Shown: piece after piece, positions 18,815 to 27,940 of the stretch
Numbering within the stretch: the stretch's first letter is position 1
Layout: every line of letters begins with the position of its first letter
Origin: a virus
Lineage: Duplodnaviria > Caudoviricetes
Direction: 5' to 3' (one strand)
IMG/VR virus record: IMGVR_UViG_3300037991_006877
Location: 1 to 35,382 of that record
DNA: 35,382 nt
Made by a program: the position numbers and the translations under genes
The notes under the pieces: model-generated
What the model was told of the DNA's origin: nothing
The model's database searches: none
The model's input: the letters and a program-made list of their open reading frames with translations, nothing else

Positions 18815-20373
18815 TATGCTGCTGTTCCATCTAAATCTAATGATGCATTAGTAGTATTTAAATCAAAACTTCCAAATAACTCTTCTCTTGCGATACCTAA
18901 TTCAGGTCCGCTACTATTTACTTCTGCACCTGATGAGAAATATCTATTTTCTTTAGGATTAGTAGAGTAATGATATAAACCTGTTTGTGGAGCAAACTTA
19001 TGTATTGGAGTAAATTCTACTTCACAATTTAAAAGATGAGGTAATTGTTGGACTGGTTCATTATCTTTTAATTTTATTTCCCATGGATATCCTTGTTCCC
19101 AACTATAATTTACTGCTGAAAAGAATCCTGGTTGAGATACAAGATAATCTCCTATAGTAATATTACATAATGTACCTCTCATAAAACTTTGATTAGTATC
19201 GTATGTTGGAGCAGTAGTAGATGCTAAATAATTTAATTTTTGATACATAGGTTTTAATGCATCTCTAGTATCAGCATATGCTTTGAAACCGAAACTAACA
19301 GATCTTTCAAAACCACTATAAGTATAAAATTTTTCAGCTCTACCATAATAAGTATGATCAGACCAAGTACCTGAATAGGAGTCTGAAAAAGAATCTAAAT
19401 AAGCTCTAAAATATAAAAATACATTTTGTTGTCCTTCATCTTGACTGATTACTTCAAAATTAAATTTTATAAAATCTTTTGCATCTTCATTTTCACCTAG
19501 TTGAGGACCTAACATTCCGATTTTATCTGAAGCTTCTAAATTTAAAGCTTCTGAATAATTAGATGTATATCTGGTTTTTCCTCTTCCACCAGTTTGAGGT
19601 AATCCTAATCTTTTTTCTTTTTGTATTTTAGCATCTATCTGTTTATAACTACTACTAGTAAAGTCGTATAACTTTCTTTCACTACCACCAACACTTTCTG
19701 CCGCTATTATACCAAGTTCATTAGCTATAGTATCTAAAGGATTAGGAACTCCATTTCTTTCTTGTTCATAAGAAAATTTTTCTGCACTGTATCTATTAGG
19801 AAATTTTAGTTTATCTTGTGTATAGGTTTTAGAATCACCGTTTCTTAATTCACTTACAAAATCAATCGGAATAGGTACTTCACCTCCTTGCGATGAAATA
19901 ACATGTCCTTGCACCCTTCTTAAATAACCCTGTTTACCTTTAAAACCTAATACTAGATGTGTTCCTGTACCAGCAAGACCTGCTTGAGATATTGTTGATG
20001 CTGTTGCTGCTACTGCATTCCCAGCCGCTACTGCTGCTCCAGATAATAAAGCACCAAAAAATGCGATTACATCATCAAGTGTTGAACCACTTCCTTGCCC
20101 AGTAGGGGTTACTCTATCTCTCTGTGGAGGTGCTGCTGATCTACCTCTATCAATAGCAGTTAATGCTGCTGTGTTACCTAAGAATTTTAAACCAGGTCCT
20201 GATGCAATAAACTTAGTTAACCTCACTACATCATCTCCTCTAGATTGAATTTCTTTACTGACCGCATTATATACAGGAGGATTCTTAATGTCTTTTCTTA
20301 TAAATGGTTGTCTACCAGTATATTTAGGAAAGTCCTTAAGTGTAGTATGTTGTAAACTGTCTATTAATGCCAT
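18814..20373 (-). CDS. Putative baseplate / tube-initiator (tube-fold) protein
   Basis: C-terminal FRAYLDSFSDSYS..W....YYGRAE.FYTYSGFERSVSF.F; located between tape measure and gp53-like genes. Confidence 0.6.
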   Translation of the reverse strand: MALIDSLQHTTLKDFPKYTGRQPFIRKDIKNPPVYNAVSKEIQSRGDDVVRLTKFIASGPGLKFLGNTAALTAIDRGRSAAPPQRDRVTPTGQGSGSTLDDVIAFFGALLSGAAVAAGNAVAATASTISQAGLAGTGTHLVLGFKGKQGYLRRVQGHVISSQGGEVPIPIDFVSELRNGDSKTYTQDKLKFPNRYSAEKFSYEQERNGVPNPLDTIANELGIIAAESVGGSERKLYDFTSSSYKQIDAKIQKEKRLGLPQTGGRGKTRYTSNYSEALNLEASDKIGMLGPQLGENEDAKDFIKFNFEVISQDEGQQNVFLYFRAYLDSFSDSYSGTWSDHTYYGRAEKFYTYSGFERSVSFGFKAYADTRDALKPMYQKLNYLASTTAPTYDTNQSFMRGTLCNITIGDYLVSQPGFFSAVNYSWEQGYPWEIKLKDNEPVQQLPHLLNCEVEFTPIHKFAPQTGLYHYSTNPKENRYFSSGAEVNSSGPELGIAREELFGSFDLNTTNASLDLDGTAA

Positions 20374-20380
20374 GTATCAA

Positions 20381-20578
20381 TTACTTAGGTAAATTAGCAA
20401 GATATGTTTTATCTGGTTTATTACCATCTAAATCTAATTTGCTATCTGCTGGATTTACGCTTTTTCTTTGAATACCCTGTACATGAAGTTGAGAAGCAAC
20501 ACTTGCACCTGCTCTTCTTTCAGGAGTATTTCCTTTTAATCCTAAATTTGAACCTAATGATCCTTTTAATATGCTCAT
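20381..20578 (-). CDS. Small hypothetical tail-associated protein
   Basis: 65-aa ORF preceded by a TATTTATA box; contains SKLDLDG. Confidence 0.6.
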   Translation of the reverse strand: MSILKGSLGSNLGLKGNTPERRAGASVASQLHVQGIQRKSVNPADSKLDLDGNKPDKTYLANLPK

Positions 20579-20600
20579 AATTTTAAATTTTAATGTTTAA

Positions 20601-20613
20601 TATAAATAGTTAA
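20601..20613 (-). promoter_or_regulatory. TTAACTATTTATA box (putative late promoter)
   Basis: 13-mer identical to 23234-23246. Confidence 0.55.
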
Positions 20614-23214
20614 TTAATATTTTGCTGCACCTAGTACTAGTGCCTCACCTACTGCTCTGCTATCAAAGTTAACTGTAGCTCCTTCTCTTACTACTGCAAT
20701 TAGTTCTTGTAACAATTCTTCTACATTACCTCCTAATTTTGTACCTCCTGCCATAGTAATAGTATCTTTACTTAAAGGTTTGATAACAAAGTCCTCTACA
20801 CTAATTTCTGAATCCATAGCTTTATTATTAGCAATGGCATTATCAATTTTTTCGTTTAGTCCAAATACTGAGGCTACACCTTTACCTAAACTCTTAGCTC
20901 CAAATGTATCGGCAATATACCCGAAAAGAGTTCTACCTAAAAAGTCACCGCCAGCATATGCTAAAGCATTTAATAAAAATGTTGGTATACCAGTAGCACT
21001 TAATGCTGTAGTTATTGCTGCAGCTCCTGCACCTCCAATAACTCCACCTACACCTTGTAAAGTTCTCTTACCTATTTGCTGATATAAATCATCTTTATTA
21101 CTACCTTCAGCTATCATCCTGTTTATATCCATTGTTGCAAGTATTCCTTCAATAGCTGTTCCAACAACAGGTATTCTTTTTAACATTTTAAAAATAGCTT
21201 TACCTCCTTTTGGTAGCAATTTCTTTAACTGACCAACTGGATCTTTATATAAATTTTTTGCTCCTTCCACGAAATTACTAGCTTTGGTTGAAACTTTTTC
21301 GGCAATTCCACCAAAAAAGCTTTTAACTCCACCAAAGAAACCTCCACCTCCACCTTTAGCAGCACTAGCTGTTGAACTAGCAGCAGTAGAAGTTGAACCA
21401 GCTACGGTACTAGCAGCATTAGAAGCTGATTTTGTAACATCATCAGCTAAACCGAAAGCTTTTCTAAGTCCACTTACTATACTTGTAACCATACCATATG
21501 CTGCTTTAAATGGTGCAAGTATTGATGATACTGCTATTTTACCCATAGTAGCTAATATTGACGTAGTTGCAGTATCTGATGAGGTAACCCAATTAGAAAA
21601 TGCTTCTATATAAGGAAGTATCTCTTCTAATAGTTTTAAACCTATAGTTGCTAATTTCATTTGTATCCTTTCAAACGCTGCATCTAATCTCTCTGCTGCT
21701 GTTGCACTAAACATAGTTTGTTGTGCAAGATCTGCTCCTAATTCAGCATTTGTTTTTCCTTCTTTAGCTTGCTTTTGACCGTTTTTAACTGCTTCTTCAG
21801 CTAATGATTTTTGAGCTTGTTCTCCTTTTAATCTTTCTGCAAATTCATCTCTCTGCATTCCCATTGCTTCAGCAACTGCCTGCTGTTGCAATACGTTCAT
21901 CTTACCAAATGAAGCGGCTGTAATACCTTGTTTAGCTATTTCTCTATTAAATCCTGCTATATCTCCATTAAGTGCTGCTATTCTGGCTTTGTCTAAATTA
22001 AGTTCTCTACCTAATAATACTTCAGCTTCCATTTCTGCAGTTAGAGAAGACTCAAAATCAAGCATTCCGCTCATTGCTGCTTCTGATTTAGCTAGATCAG
22101 TACCTAATTTTCTTGCTTCTGCTGCTGCTTTCTTTAATCCTCCAGGGAATTTTTTAGTTGATAATGCTGTCGCTGCTGAAGCTGTTGCTACATCTTCTAA
22201 TATAGTTGCACCACTTAAGAATACTCCATTAGCACGGTTAAAATTAGCTGTAAAACCTAAAGTTTCATCTGATATCTCTTTTAATGACTTACCGCTCATA
22301 GCAGCATGCTTGAATAAACCTGCAGCTGCATCAGCTCCTAGACCCATCCTTGTTGAAATACCTAAGACATATTTAGAAGTTTCTTGAGAAACTACTGCTG
22401 AGGATTTTAATGCTTTATTAAAACCTGCTATTCCGCCACTAGCTTCACTAATGGACATACCCATTGAATTAGCTGCACTTGCTGCTCTACTAAATGCTTT
22501 GGCTGCATCGTTGCCAGCCATTGCTAATGTCCTTCTTAATTCGGCTGCTCCTGCTTGTAATTTTTTGATCCCTTCGATCATCATACCAAACATAGTAGCA
22601 AGTCCTAATTTAGCTATATCTCCTAATGCTGCTCCCATTCCTTTTGCAGCTGAATGTCCTTTAGCTTGGTATTCAGCCATAGTTTTAGAAGCTTTTGCAA
22701 AACCATCAAAGACTTTGCCGAGTACAGGGATGTCACCAAAGATTTCTGCTAAGCCACCAAATACACTAGCAGCTCTTTCTGTTTTACGAACTTCTTTTGC
22801 GAATTTTTGAGCTTCTGCGGTAAGCTCTTTAGACATTTGAAGTTGATCTTGTTTAGTTTTAAGAAGCCTCTTACCTTCTTTAGTTTCATCTTTTGTTAAT
22901 TTGTTAATCTCATCAGCTAAACTCTTTTGTTCATCAAGTGCAGCAGTTAAAGCTTGATCAAATGATTTCCTTTTACTTTTGCTAGCAAGCATATCAGCAT
23001 CTGCAGTTGCTAATTTTCGGGCAAGTCTTTCGGCCTTATCCGTATTTTGGGTCATTTGATCCATCTCCGCCTTACCCGCAGCAATTTGTTCAGTAACCTT
23101 TTGAAGCTCGTTTTTCATATCTTGTATGATATCGACGAACTGTGCTCCTGCTTTATTTAGCTCGTTAAAAGCTGCTGCTTGTTCTTGGGTCTGTATAATA
23201 CGTTCTTTAGCCAT
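20614..23214 (-). CDS. Tail tape measure protein
   Basis: 866 aa, Ala/Gly-rich and helical, LDFESS..AE.EA..L.G..LNL..AR segment; follows the chaperone pair. Confidence 0.88.
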   Translation of the reverse strand: MAKERIIQTQEQAAAFNELNKAGAQFVDIIQDMKNELQKVTEQIAAGKAEMDQMTQNTDKAERLARKLATADADMLASKSKRKSFDQALTAALDEQKSLADEINKLTKDETKEGKRLLKTKQDQLQMSKELTAEAQKFAKEVRKTERAASVFGGLAEIFGDIPVLGKVFDGFAKASKTMAEYQAKGHSAAKGMGAALGDIAKLGLATMFGMMIEGIKKLQAGAAELRRTLAMAGNDAAKAFSRAASAANSMGMSISEASGGIAGFNKALKSSAVVSQETSKYVLGISTRMGLGADAAAGLFKHAAMSGKSLKEISDETLGFTANFNRANGVFLSGATILEDVATASAATALSTKKFPGGLKKAAAEARKLGTDLAKSEAAMSGMLDFESSLTAEMEAEVLLGRELNLDKARIAALNGDIAGFNREIAKQGITAASFGKMNVLQQQAVAEAMGMQRDEFAERLKGEQAQKSLAEEAVKNGQKQAKEGKTNAELGADLAQQTMFSATAAERLDAAFERIQMKLATIGLKLLEEILPYIEAFSNWVTSSDTATTSILATMGKIAVSSILAPFKAAYGMVTSIVSGLRKAFGLADDVTKSASNAASTVAGSTSTAASSTASAAKGGGGGFFGGVKSFFGGIAEKVSTKASNFVEGAKNLYKDPVGQLKKLLPKGGKAIFKMLKRIPVVGTAIEGILATMDINRMIAEGSNKDDLYQQIGKRTLQGVGGVIGGAGAAAITTALSATGIPTFLLNALAYAGGDFLGRTLFGYIADTFGAKSLGKGVASVFGLNEKIDNAIANNKAMDSEISVEDFVIKPLSKDTITMAGGTKLGGNVEELLQELIAVVREGATVNFDSRAVGEALVLGAAKY

Positions 23215-23233
23215 TTAAAAAAGAATTATTTCT

Positions 23234-23246
23234 TATAAATAGTTAA
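23234..23246 (-). promoter_or_regulatory. TTAACTATTTATA box upstream of tape measure gene
   Basis: Recurrent motif about 20 nt upstream of the ATG. Confidence 0.55.
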
Positions 23247-23254
23247 GGCTCCTA

Positions 23255-23563
23255 TTATTTAGAAGCCTTTGTAGTATAATTTGGTTTAACGTTCGGTCTA
23301 GCTACTTGTACCTGTTTCTTTTTAGAGTATTTTTCGTTTTCTTTTTTTTGTTCTAAATAAAACTCATTAATATTCTGATAAGTAAAGTTTCTTAACCATA
23401 TAGGCATATTATATACGGTATGCCAGTCATATCCTCCTTTACCGTGAAATACTATATTATGGATTTGTGTAAAAAGATTATTTCTATATTCTGAAGTCAG
23501 GCCAAAAAAAGTTAATCCCGATGGGGATATCAACTTCCTCCTCCTCTCCATTATCATTTTCAA
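23255..23563 (-). CDS. Tail assembly chaperone, second part (T4 gp51-like / lambda T-like), probably expressed by frameshift from about 23504-23510
   Basis: Overlaps the upstream gene in the +1 frame; YDWHTVYNMPIWLR resembles the gp51-type 'M.PWER' helix; sits immediately before the tape measure gene. Confidence 0.7.
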   Translation of the reverse strand: MKMIMERRRKLISPSGLTFFGLTSEYRNNLFTQIHNIVFHGKGGYDWHTVYNMPIWLRNFTYQNINEFYLEQKKENEKYSKKKQVQVARPNVKPNYTTKASK

Positions 23564-24230
23564 ACTTATATATCATATCTACGTCTGGAGAGACGGTAAT
23601 ATAATATTTTCTAAATTCTCTTGCATCAGATGCTAACATATAGTTATCAACAAAATCTCTAATATCTTTAGATTCTTTATTTTCATTAACTGATGTGATC
23701 ATAAACTTAAGTCTTGTAGATCCTTCAGTATTACTATTTTTATCTATTTTTTTTCTTCCTTCTACTTCTCTTTGAACTTTATTTTCATCCTCTTGAGTTA
23801 AAAGTTTAAATTTAATTTTATTACCTGTGTTAGGTAAAGTAAAATCAAATTCATTTCCATTTTCTAATAGTTTATAATCTATTTTTTTATTACCTAATTT
23901 AGATAAATCTATAGAATGCTCTTCATCTCTTACTGTAAATTTATATTCTTTACCATAAGATAGTATTCTTGCTGCTATCATTATAGCATTCTTATCCCCA
24001 ATAAGTAATTGATTAAAGTTAATTTTTTTATCAACTATAAGAGATCTTAATACTCTATCTAAAGCTGTACCGTTTTGTATATAGTTTACATTAGATAGAA
24101 TGTCCTCTTCCTTTGCGGTCATATACTTCATTTCTATTTTTCCGCTTGAAAGAGGAGAGTCCTTAGGATAAAGAAGTCCTTTGGACGGTAAATCTACTGT
24201 TTCAGTAGGTAAATTAAATTTTGGTTCCAT
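23484..24230 (-). CDS. Tail assembly chaperone / T4 gp26-like baseplate hub assembly protein
   Basis: LPSKG..Y, YMTAKEEDIL, GDKNAIMIAARILSYG, ending NFFWP; located between tube and tape measure genes. Confidence 0.78.
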   Translation of the reverse strand: MEPKFNLPTETVDLPSKGLLYPKDSPLSSGKIEMKYMTAKEEDILSNVNYIQNGTALDRVLRSLIVDKKINFNQLLIGDKNAIMIAARILSYGKEYKFTVRDEEHSIDLSKLGNKKIDYKLLENGNEFDFTLPNTGNKIKFKLLTQEDENKVQREVEGRKKIDKNSNTEGSTRLKFMITSVNENKESKDIRDFVDNYMLASDAREFRKYYITVSPDVDMIYKFENDNGEEEEVDIPIGINFFWPDFRI

Positions 24231-24254
24231 AAATAATTACGTTATAACTAGTTT

Positions 24255-24292
24255 TATTTATAAATATACGAAGATAAAATTTATTTACCAAC
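24255..24292 (-). promoter_or_regulatory. Composite promoter: GTTG-N20-TATATTTA overlapping a TATTTATA box
   Basis: Plus strand CAAC 24289-24292, TAAATATA 24261-24268, and palindrome TATTTATAAATA 24255-24266. Confidence 0.6.
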
Positions 24293-24302
24293 TTTCTTAT
24301 AT

Positions 24303-24327
24303 AAAAAAACCCGGATAATTCCGGGTT
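24303..24327 (-). terminator. Intrinsic terminator after the tail tube gene
   Basis: Minus strand AACCCGGA-ATTA-TCCGGGTT followed by a T run. Confidence 0.85.
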
Positions 24328-24355
24328 CTTTGGTTTTCAATAAAATTATTAATGT

Positions 24356-24841
24356 TTAGTAGTTAAGTACACAATAATCCATGGCTACTGTAAGTGTAAC
24401 TTCTGTTGGCTCTGAACTAGTCCAATCAAAACTACCTTGAGCAAAACTTGTAATCATTGCTCCTTTAATTATCCATTCAGAAACTATATCTCCTACAGGA
24501 CCTAAAACATTAAGTGTTATATCTTTTTTGTAAAAGTCAGAGTAACCTGCTCTTCCTGTTACTGATTCGTATGATAATCTTGCCCATTCCATACAAGCTT
24601 GAGCTCCTGATGGTGTGATTGGATCATATAATGTCATATCCATATCTTGCCATTCTCTCTTACCTCTTATTTTTCTATAAGAGTTAATATGATCTAGTTT
24701 GATAGGCTCATCTGAAAAAGAAGGTGCCGTCACGTTCTTAATCATAAATGACTCGATCCCATCGATTACCATGAAGAATCTGTTCTGTACCTTTGGTTCA
24801 AAGGCTCTAAACATTATTTCGTTAGTATCTAATATTGCCAT
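24356..24841 (-). CDS. Tail tube protein (T4 gp19-like)
   Basis: 161 aa, directly downstream of the sheath; EPK..NRF, YKKDITL..L.P.G.IV.EW.I.GA, D.T....VTL....D. Confidence 0.9.
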   Translation of the reverse strand: MAILDTNEIMFRAFEPKVQNRFFMVIDGIESFMIKNVTAPSFSDEPIKLDHINSYRKIRGKREWQDMDMTLYDPITPSGAQACMEWARLSYESVTGRAGYSDFYKKDITLNVLGPVGDIVSEWIIKGAMITSFAQGSFDWTSSEPTEVTLTVAMDYCVLNY

Positions 24842-24854
24842 GTCTTTTTTTTAT

Positions 24855-24862
24855 TATAAATA
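24855..24862 (-). promoter_or_regulatory. TATTTATA box upstream of the tube gene
   Basis: Recurrent motif 13 nt upstream of the ATG. Confidence 0.55.
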
Positions 24863-24876
24863 TCTAAAATTAAAAT

Positions 24877-26655
24877 TTATCCTCCAAATGTTGCTCCTGT
24901 TGGTTCTAATGTAAAGTCTAGAACAATAAATTCAGCTGTTTTTGCTGGTTGAACAAATATCTGTCCAATTAATTGATTTCTATCGATTACATCTGCTGTA
25001 TTGTTGGAATCGTCCATTACAACTCTAAATGAAAATAATCCTTGTCTCTGTACCACTGATTCTAAGAATGGATTTACAGCTGATAAGAATCTATTTCTAG
25101 TTGCTATCGTATTTTGATCAAATACTAATGTATTTGCTTGATCACTTACGAACTTCTTAAGTTCTATCAATAATCTACGTACGTTTACTCTATCTAATGC
25201 AGAAGCTGCTTTTTGTAAAGTCTTCTGACCAAATATTGCTATTCCTTGTCCAGGGAATGTTGCTATTGGGTTAACATTACCACTATATAAAGTATCTCTT
25301 TCAGATCTTGTTAGTTTTCTTTCTGATTGTAATACTGAAGGTACTCCTCCTCTTACTAATCCTGCAGGTGCAAACCATGGTGCGTTAGCTCCATCTGTGA
25401 ATGCATATACTCCAGGTACTACTGTTGATGCAGGAACGTAAACGTTTTTACCTGTTGCTGATCCTACTTGTACCCAAGGCCAGTATGTTGCAGCGTAAGA
25501 ACTATTTACTTCTGCTGCTTCTGCAGTTACTGTTGTTATAGCTCCAGTACCGTGCGCTACTAAATCTACTACTGCTATACAGTCTCCTCTAGTTTCTGCT
25601 AACGATATAATATTATCTGTTTGAGTAGCACCGTTAGCTGCAAATGCATGTATTAAACCAGGAGCAGAAATAATGTTAAACTTCCACTCATCTTTATTCT
25701 CTAAAATAGTAATTGCATCATTATAATCACTTCCGATTAATCCTTGAATACCTGCTACATCATTATTAATATCTTTAAAGAATTTAGCATTGTTAGTAAT
25801 ATTAGTACCAGCAGCTCCACCAAATGCACCAGATGCAGCAGCAGGAATAGAAGCTGAATAGCTAACTCCGCCTGAATCTACGTTTACTGTGATACCGTCT
25901 GTACCTAAGTAGTTTGATGTTTGTACTTTTACTTCTGATACTCTAATGTAGTTAGATCTGTTTGGATATTCTCCTACACTAGTTACGTAAGTATTTTCTC
26001 CGTCTGTTGCTTTAGTTACTCTCTGATCCCCAATTTGCTTTGCAATATATCTATCGTCATTAGGATCTAAACTTAAGTTATTAAACGTTTCTAATATAAT
26101 TTTGTTTTTGTGATTGTCATCACCTCTTCTTACTAATAATGAGAATGTACCTTTTGAAGTATCTAAGTTACTTATTTCCCATCTAATATTGTCTGCTGAT
26201 CCACTCTTAAGAGAACCGTTGCTTAGTTCATCTGCGCTTGTATAATGGTCTGAAGCTGTTACGTTATTGTATACTATTCCTTTACCAATAGTTTGTAGAG
26301 TAAAGATTTCAGTAGTTGCTTTTCCAGTTGATCCAGAAATAGGAGTTGAATCCGCTGCTGTCCAACCTGCAGAACCAGATACTACTCTAGTAATTAGAGC
26401 TGTGTTTCCGCCTTGATCGAAATAATTTTTTACAGCTAATGAAGTTAAGTACTCTACGTTAGTAGAACCTGAAATGAATGTTCTACCAAACTTTCTTGAA
26501 TACTCTCCAAAAGAAGTTACAATAGTAGGATTCTCAATTGGTCCAGTAACAGTAGGCCCAATAAAAGCTGCGCCAACTTCTTGGGGTGCAGGTGAGATAA
26601 ATGATACGTCATTTTCTCTTGCGAGTACACCAGGTGAGATTATAGTTTCTGCCAT
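24877..26655 (-). CDS. Tail sheath protein (T4 gp18-like)
   Basis: ISPGV...E.D.S, GP..GP, YWPW, PWFAPAG..RG, NPI..FPGQG...FGQKTL, RVNVRRL, P.KTAEFI. Confidence 0.96.
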   Translation of the reverse strand: MAETIISPGVLARENDVSFISPAPQEVGAAFIGPTVTGPIENPTIVTSFGEYSRKFGRTFISGSTNVEYLTSLAVKNYFDQGGNTALITRVVSGSAGWTAADSTPISGSTGKATTEIFTLQTIGKGIVYNNVTASDHYTSADELSNGSLKSGSADNIRWEISNLDTSKGTFSLLVRRGDDNHKNKIILETFNNLSLDPNDDRYIAKQIGDQRVTKATDGENTYVTSVGEYPNRSNYIRVSEVKVQTSNYLGTDGITVNVDSGGVSYSASIPAAASGAFGGAAGTNITNNAKFFKDINNDVAGIQGLIGSDYNDAITILENKDEWKFNIISAPGLIHAFAANGATQTDNIISLAETRGDCIAVVDLVAHGTGAITTVTAEAAEVNSSYAATYWPWVQVGSATGKNVYVPASTVVPGVYAFTDGANAPWFAPAGLVRGGVPSVLQSERKLTRSERDTLYSGNVNPIATFPGQGIAIFGQKTLQKAASALDRVNVRRLLIELKKFVSDQANTLVFDQNTIATRNRFLSAVNPFLESVVQRQGLFSFRVVMDDSNNTADVIDRNQLIGQIFVQPAKTAEFIVLDFTLEPTGATFGG

Positions 26656-26683
26656 GTTGATGTTATTTTAAGTCGTGTTTTTA

Positions 26684-26748
26684 TATAAATATCGTTCATT
26701 TATCCAAACCCATCTATAAGATAGTAAGTTGGATTACATTTATAAATA
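26684..26748 (-). promoter_or_regulatory. Two TATTTATA boxes flanking an RNA hairpin in the sheath leader
   Basis: Boxes at 26684-26691 and 26741-26748; hairpin at 26702-26734. Confidence 0.55.
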
Positions 26749-26778
26749 GAGAAATAGAAGGTAAACCACCCAAGAATT

Positions 26779-27027
26779 TTAAGTAATATTTCCTGTCTTA
26801 ATATCTATATTGACATCACCGTATTTTTGATTAATAGAATTATGTAAAGATAGTTCAAAATTTTCAATCCTTAGCTTATTTTCTTTAGCTCTATCTAATC
26901 TTTCTGCTAGTTGTATTTCTAAAAGCTTGATTTCACCTAACTCTATTAGTAGGTTCTGTTTATTTACTTTAATACTTTGCAGTTGTTCTAATTCGTTTTT
27001 ATCTACTTTTTTTACTTTTTTAGCCAT
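26779..27027 (-). CDS. Small coiled-coil hypothetical protein
   Basis: 82 aa, heptad-rich, ending KYGDVNIDIKTG.I. Confidence 0.7.
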   Translation of the reverse strand: MAKKVKKVDKNELEQLQSIKVNKQNLLIELGEIKLLEIQLAERLDRAKENKLRIENFELSLHNSINQKYGDVNIDIKTGNIT

Positions 27028-27028
27028 T

Positions 27029-27940
27029 TTATTTAAATTGTTTTCCTTTTGAATACCTATTATTATATTCTGGTATTTCTATTTCGTTATATTTATGTCC
27101 TTTTATTACTGTGCTTTCAACTTCACCTTTATCGGTATTGGCAAAATAGTTTTTTAAATAATTATAACTTCTATTCATAATATAGTTAGGTCCTTTTTCT
27201 TCTAATAATAAACGTAATTGATTAATAGAAGGATGTTTTTTATCCCACCCTGCTGAAGAGTGATAATCTTTATCTTCAAATTGGAAGGGCATTCTTATTA
27301 AAAATGGAGTTGATGGTGTGCTAATACTTTTTATAGGTATATTATTTCTAATTAAAAATTCAGCTGAGAATCTATGATTTAAAATTAATTCAGCTCTATT
27401 TTGATAAAAATATGAAGTTTTATCTAAAAAATAATTTAACCACATCATACTATATTTATCCATAGTTTTTGGAGTACCTAACATATAATAATCTTGACAC
27501 CAGAAGTAATCTTTAAAAATTTCTAACGTACCGCTACTGAACATTAAATTATCTTTTACTTCTCCTTTTCTAAGTTGATTTACTATACCGTCTAAGATTT
27601 CTCTACAAAGCACCAGATCTGTTCGCAGCTGTAGAACAGCATCGTATTTGATATTTGATTGATTACGTAAATGATTAACTCTAAATAAAGAGTACATAAA
27701 ATGTGGTTGATGCCCTAATGTTTGTGTGTAATTTACTAAATCGAAATATTTACTATCTTCTTCTTTTAATCTTTCATATTTAGTAATCCATTTTAATTTA
27801 CTATAATCTATTTCATCTTCCCAAGTTGCTACATAATAATCAAAGTCTATATCATTATATAGATTATCCCATTCAGCAAATATTTTACCATTGTGATCTA
27901 TATACCTTCCACTTCCATTTATAATTACAGCTACTTTCAT
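27029..27940 (-). CDS. Putative glycosyltransferase-like protein (RxD type)
   Basis: MKVAVIING..R, Y.ATW, YDAVLQLRTD, D...G...M..Y; glycan gene context. Confidence 0.55.
   Translation of the reverse strand: MKVAVIINGSGRYIDHNGKIFAEWDNLYNDIDFDYYVATWEDEIDYSKLKWITKYERLKEEDSKYFDLVNYTQTLGHQPHFMYSLFRVNHLRNQSNIKYDAVLQLRTDLVLCREILDGIVNQLRKGEVKDNLMFSSGTLEIFKDYFWCQDYYMLGTPKTMDKYSMMWLNYFLDKTSYFYQNRAELILNHRFSAEFLIRNNIPIKSISTPSTPFLIRMPFQFEDKDYHSSAGWDKKHPSINQLRLLLEEKGPNYIMNRSYNYLKNYFANTDKGEVESTVIKGHKYNEIEIPEYNNRYSKGKQFK

Noticed and set aside
23530-23550. AGGAGG as an SD-type frameshift stimulator
   Set aside because: It lies about 25 nt from the slip site, too far for known SD stimulators, and is explained by the EEEE codons.
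14341-26655. Bacterial contractile injection system or tailocin
   Set aside because: It is contiguous with a phage replication module and RNR, and no cellular housekeeping genes are present.
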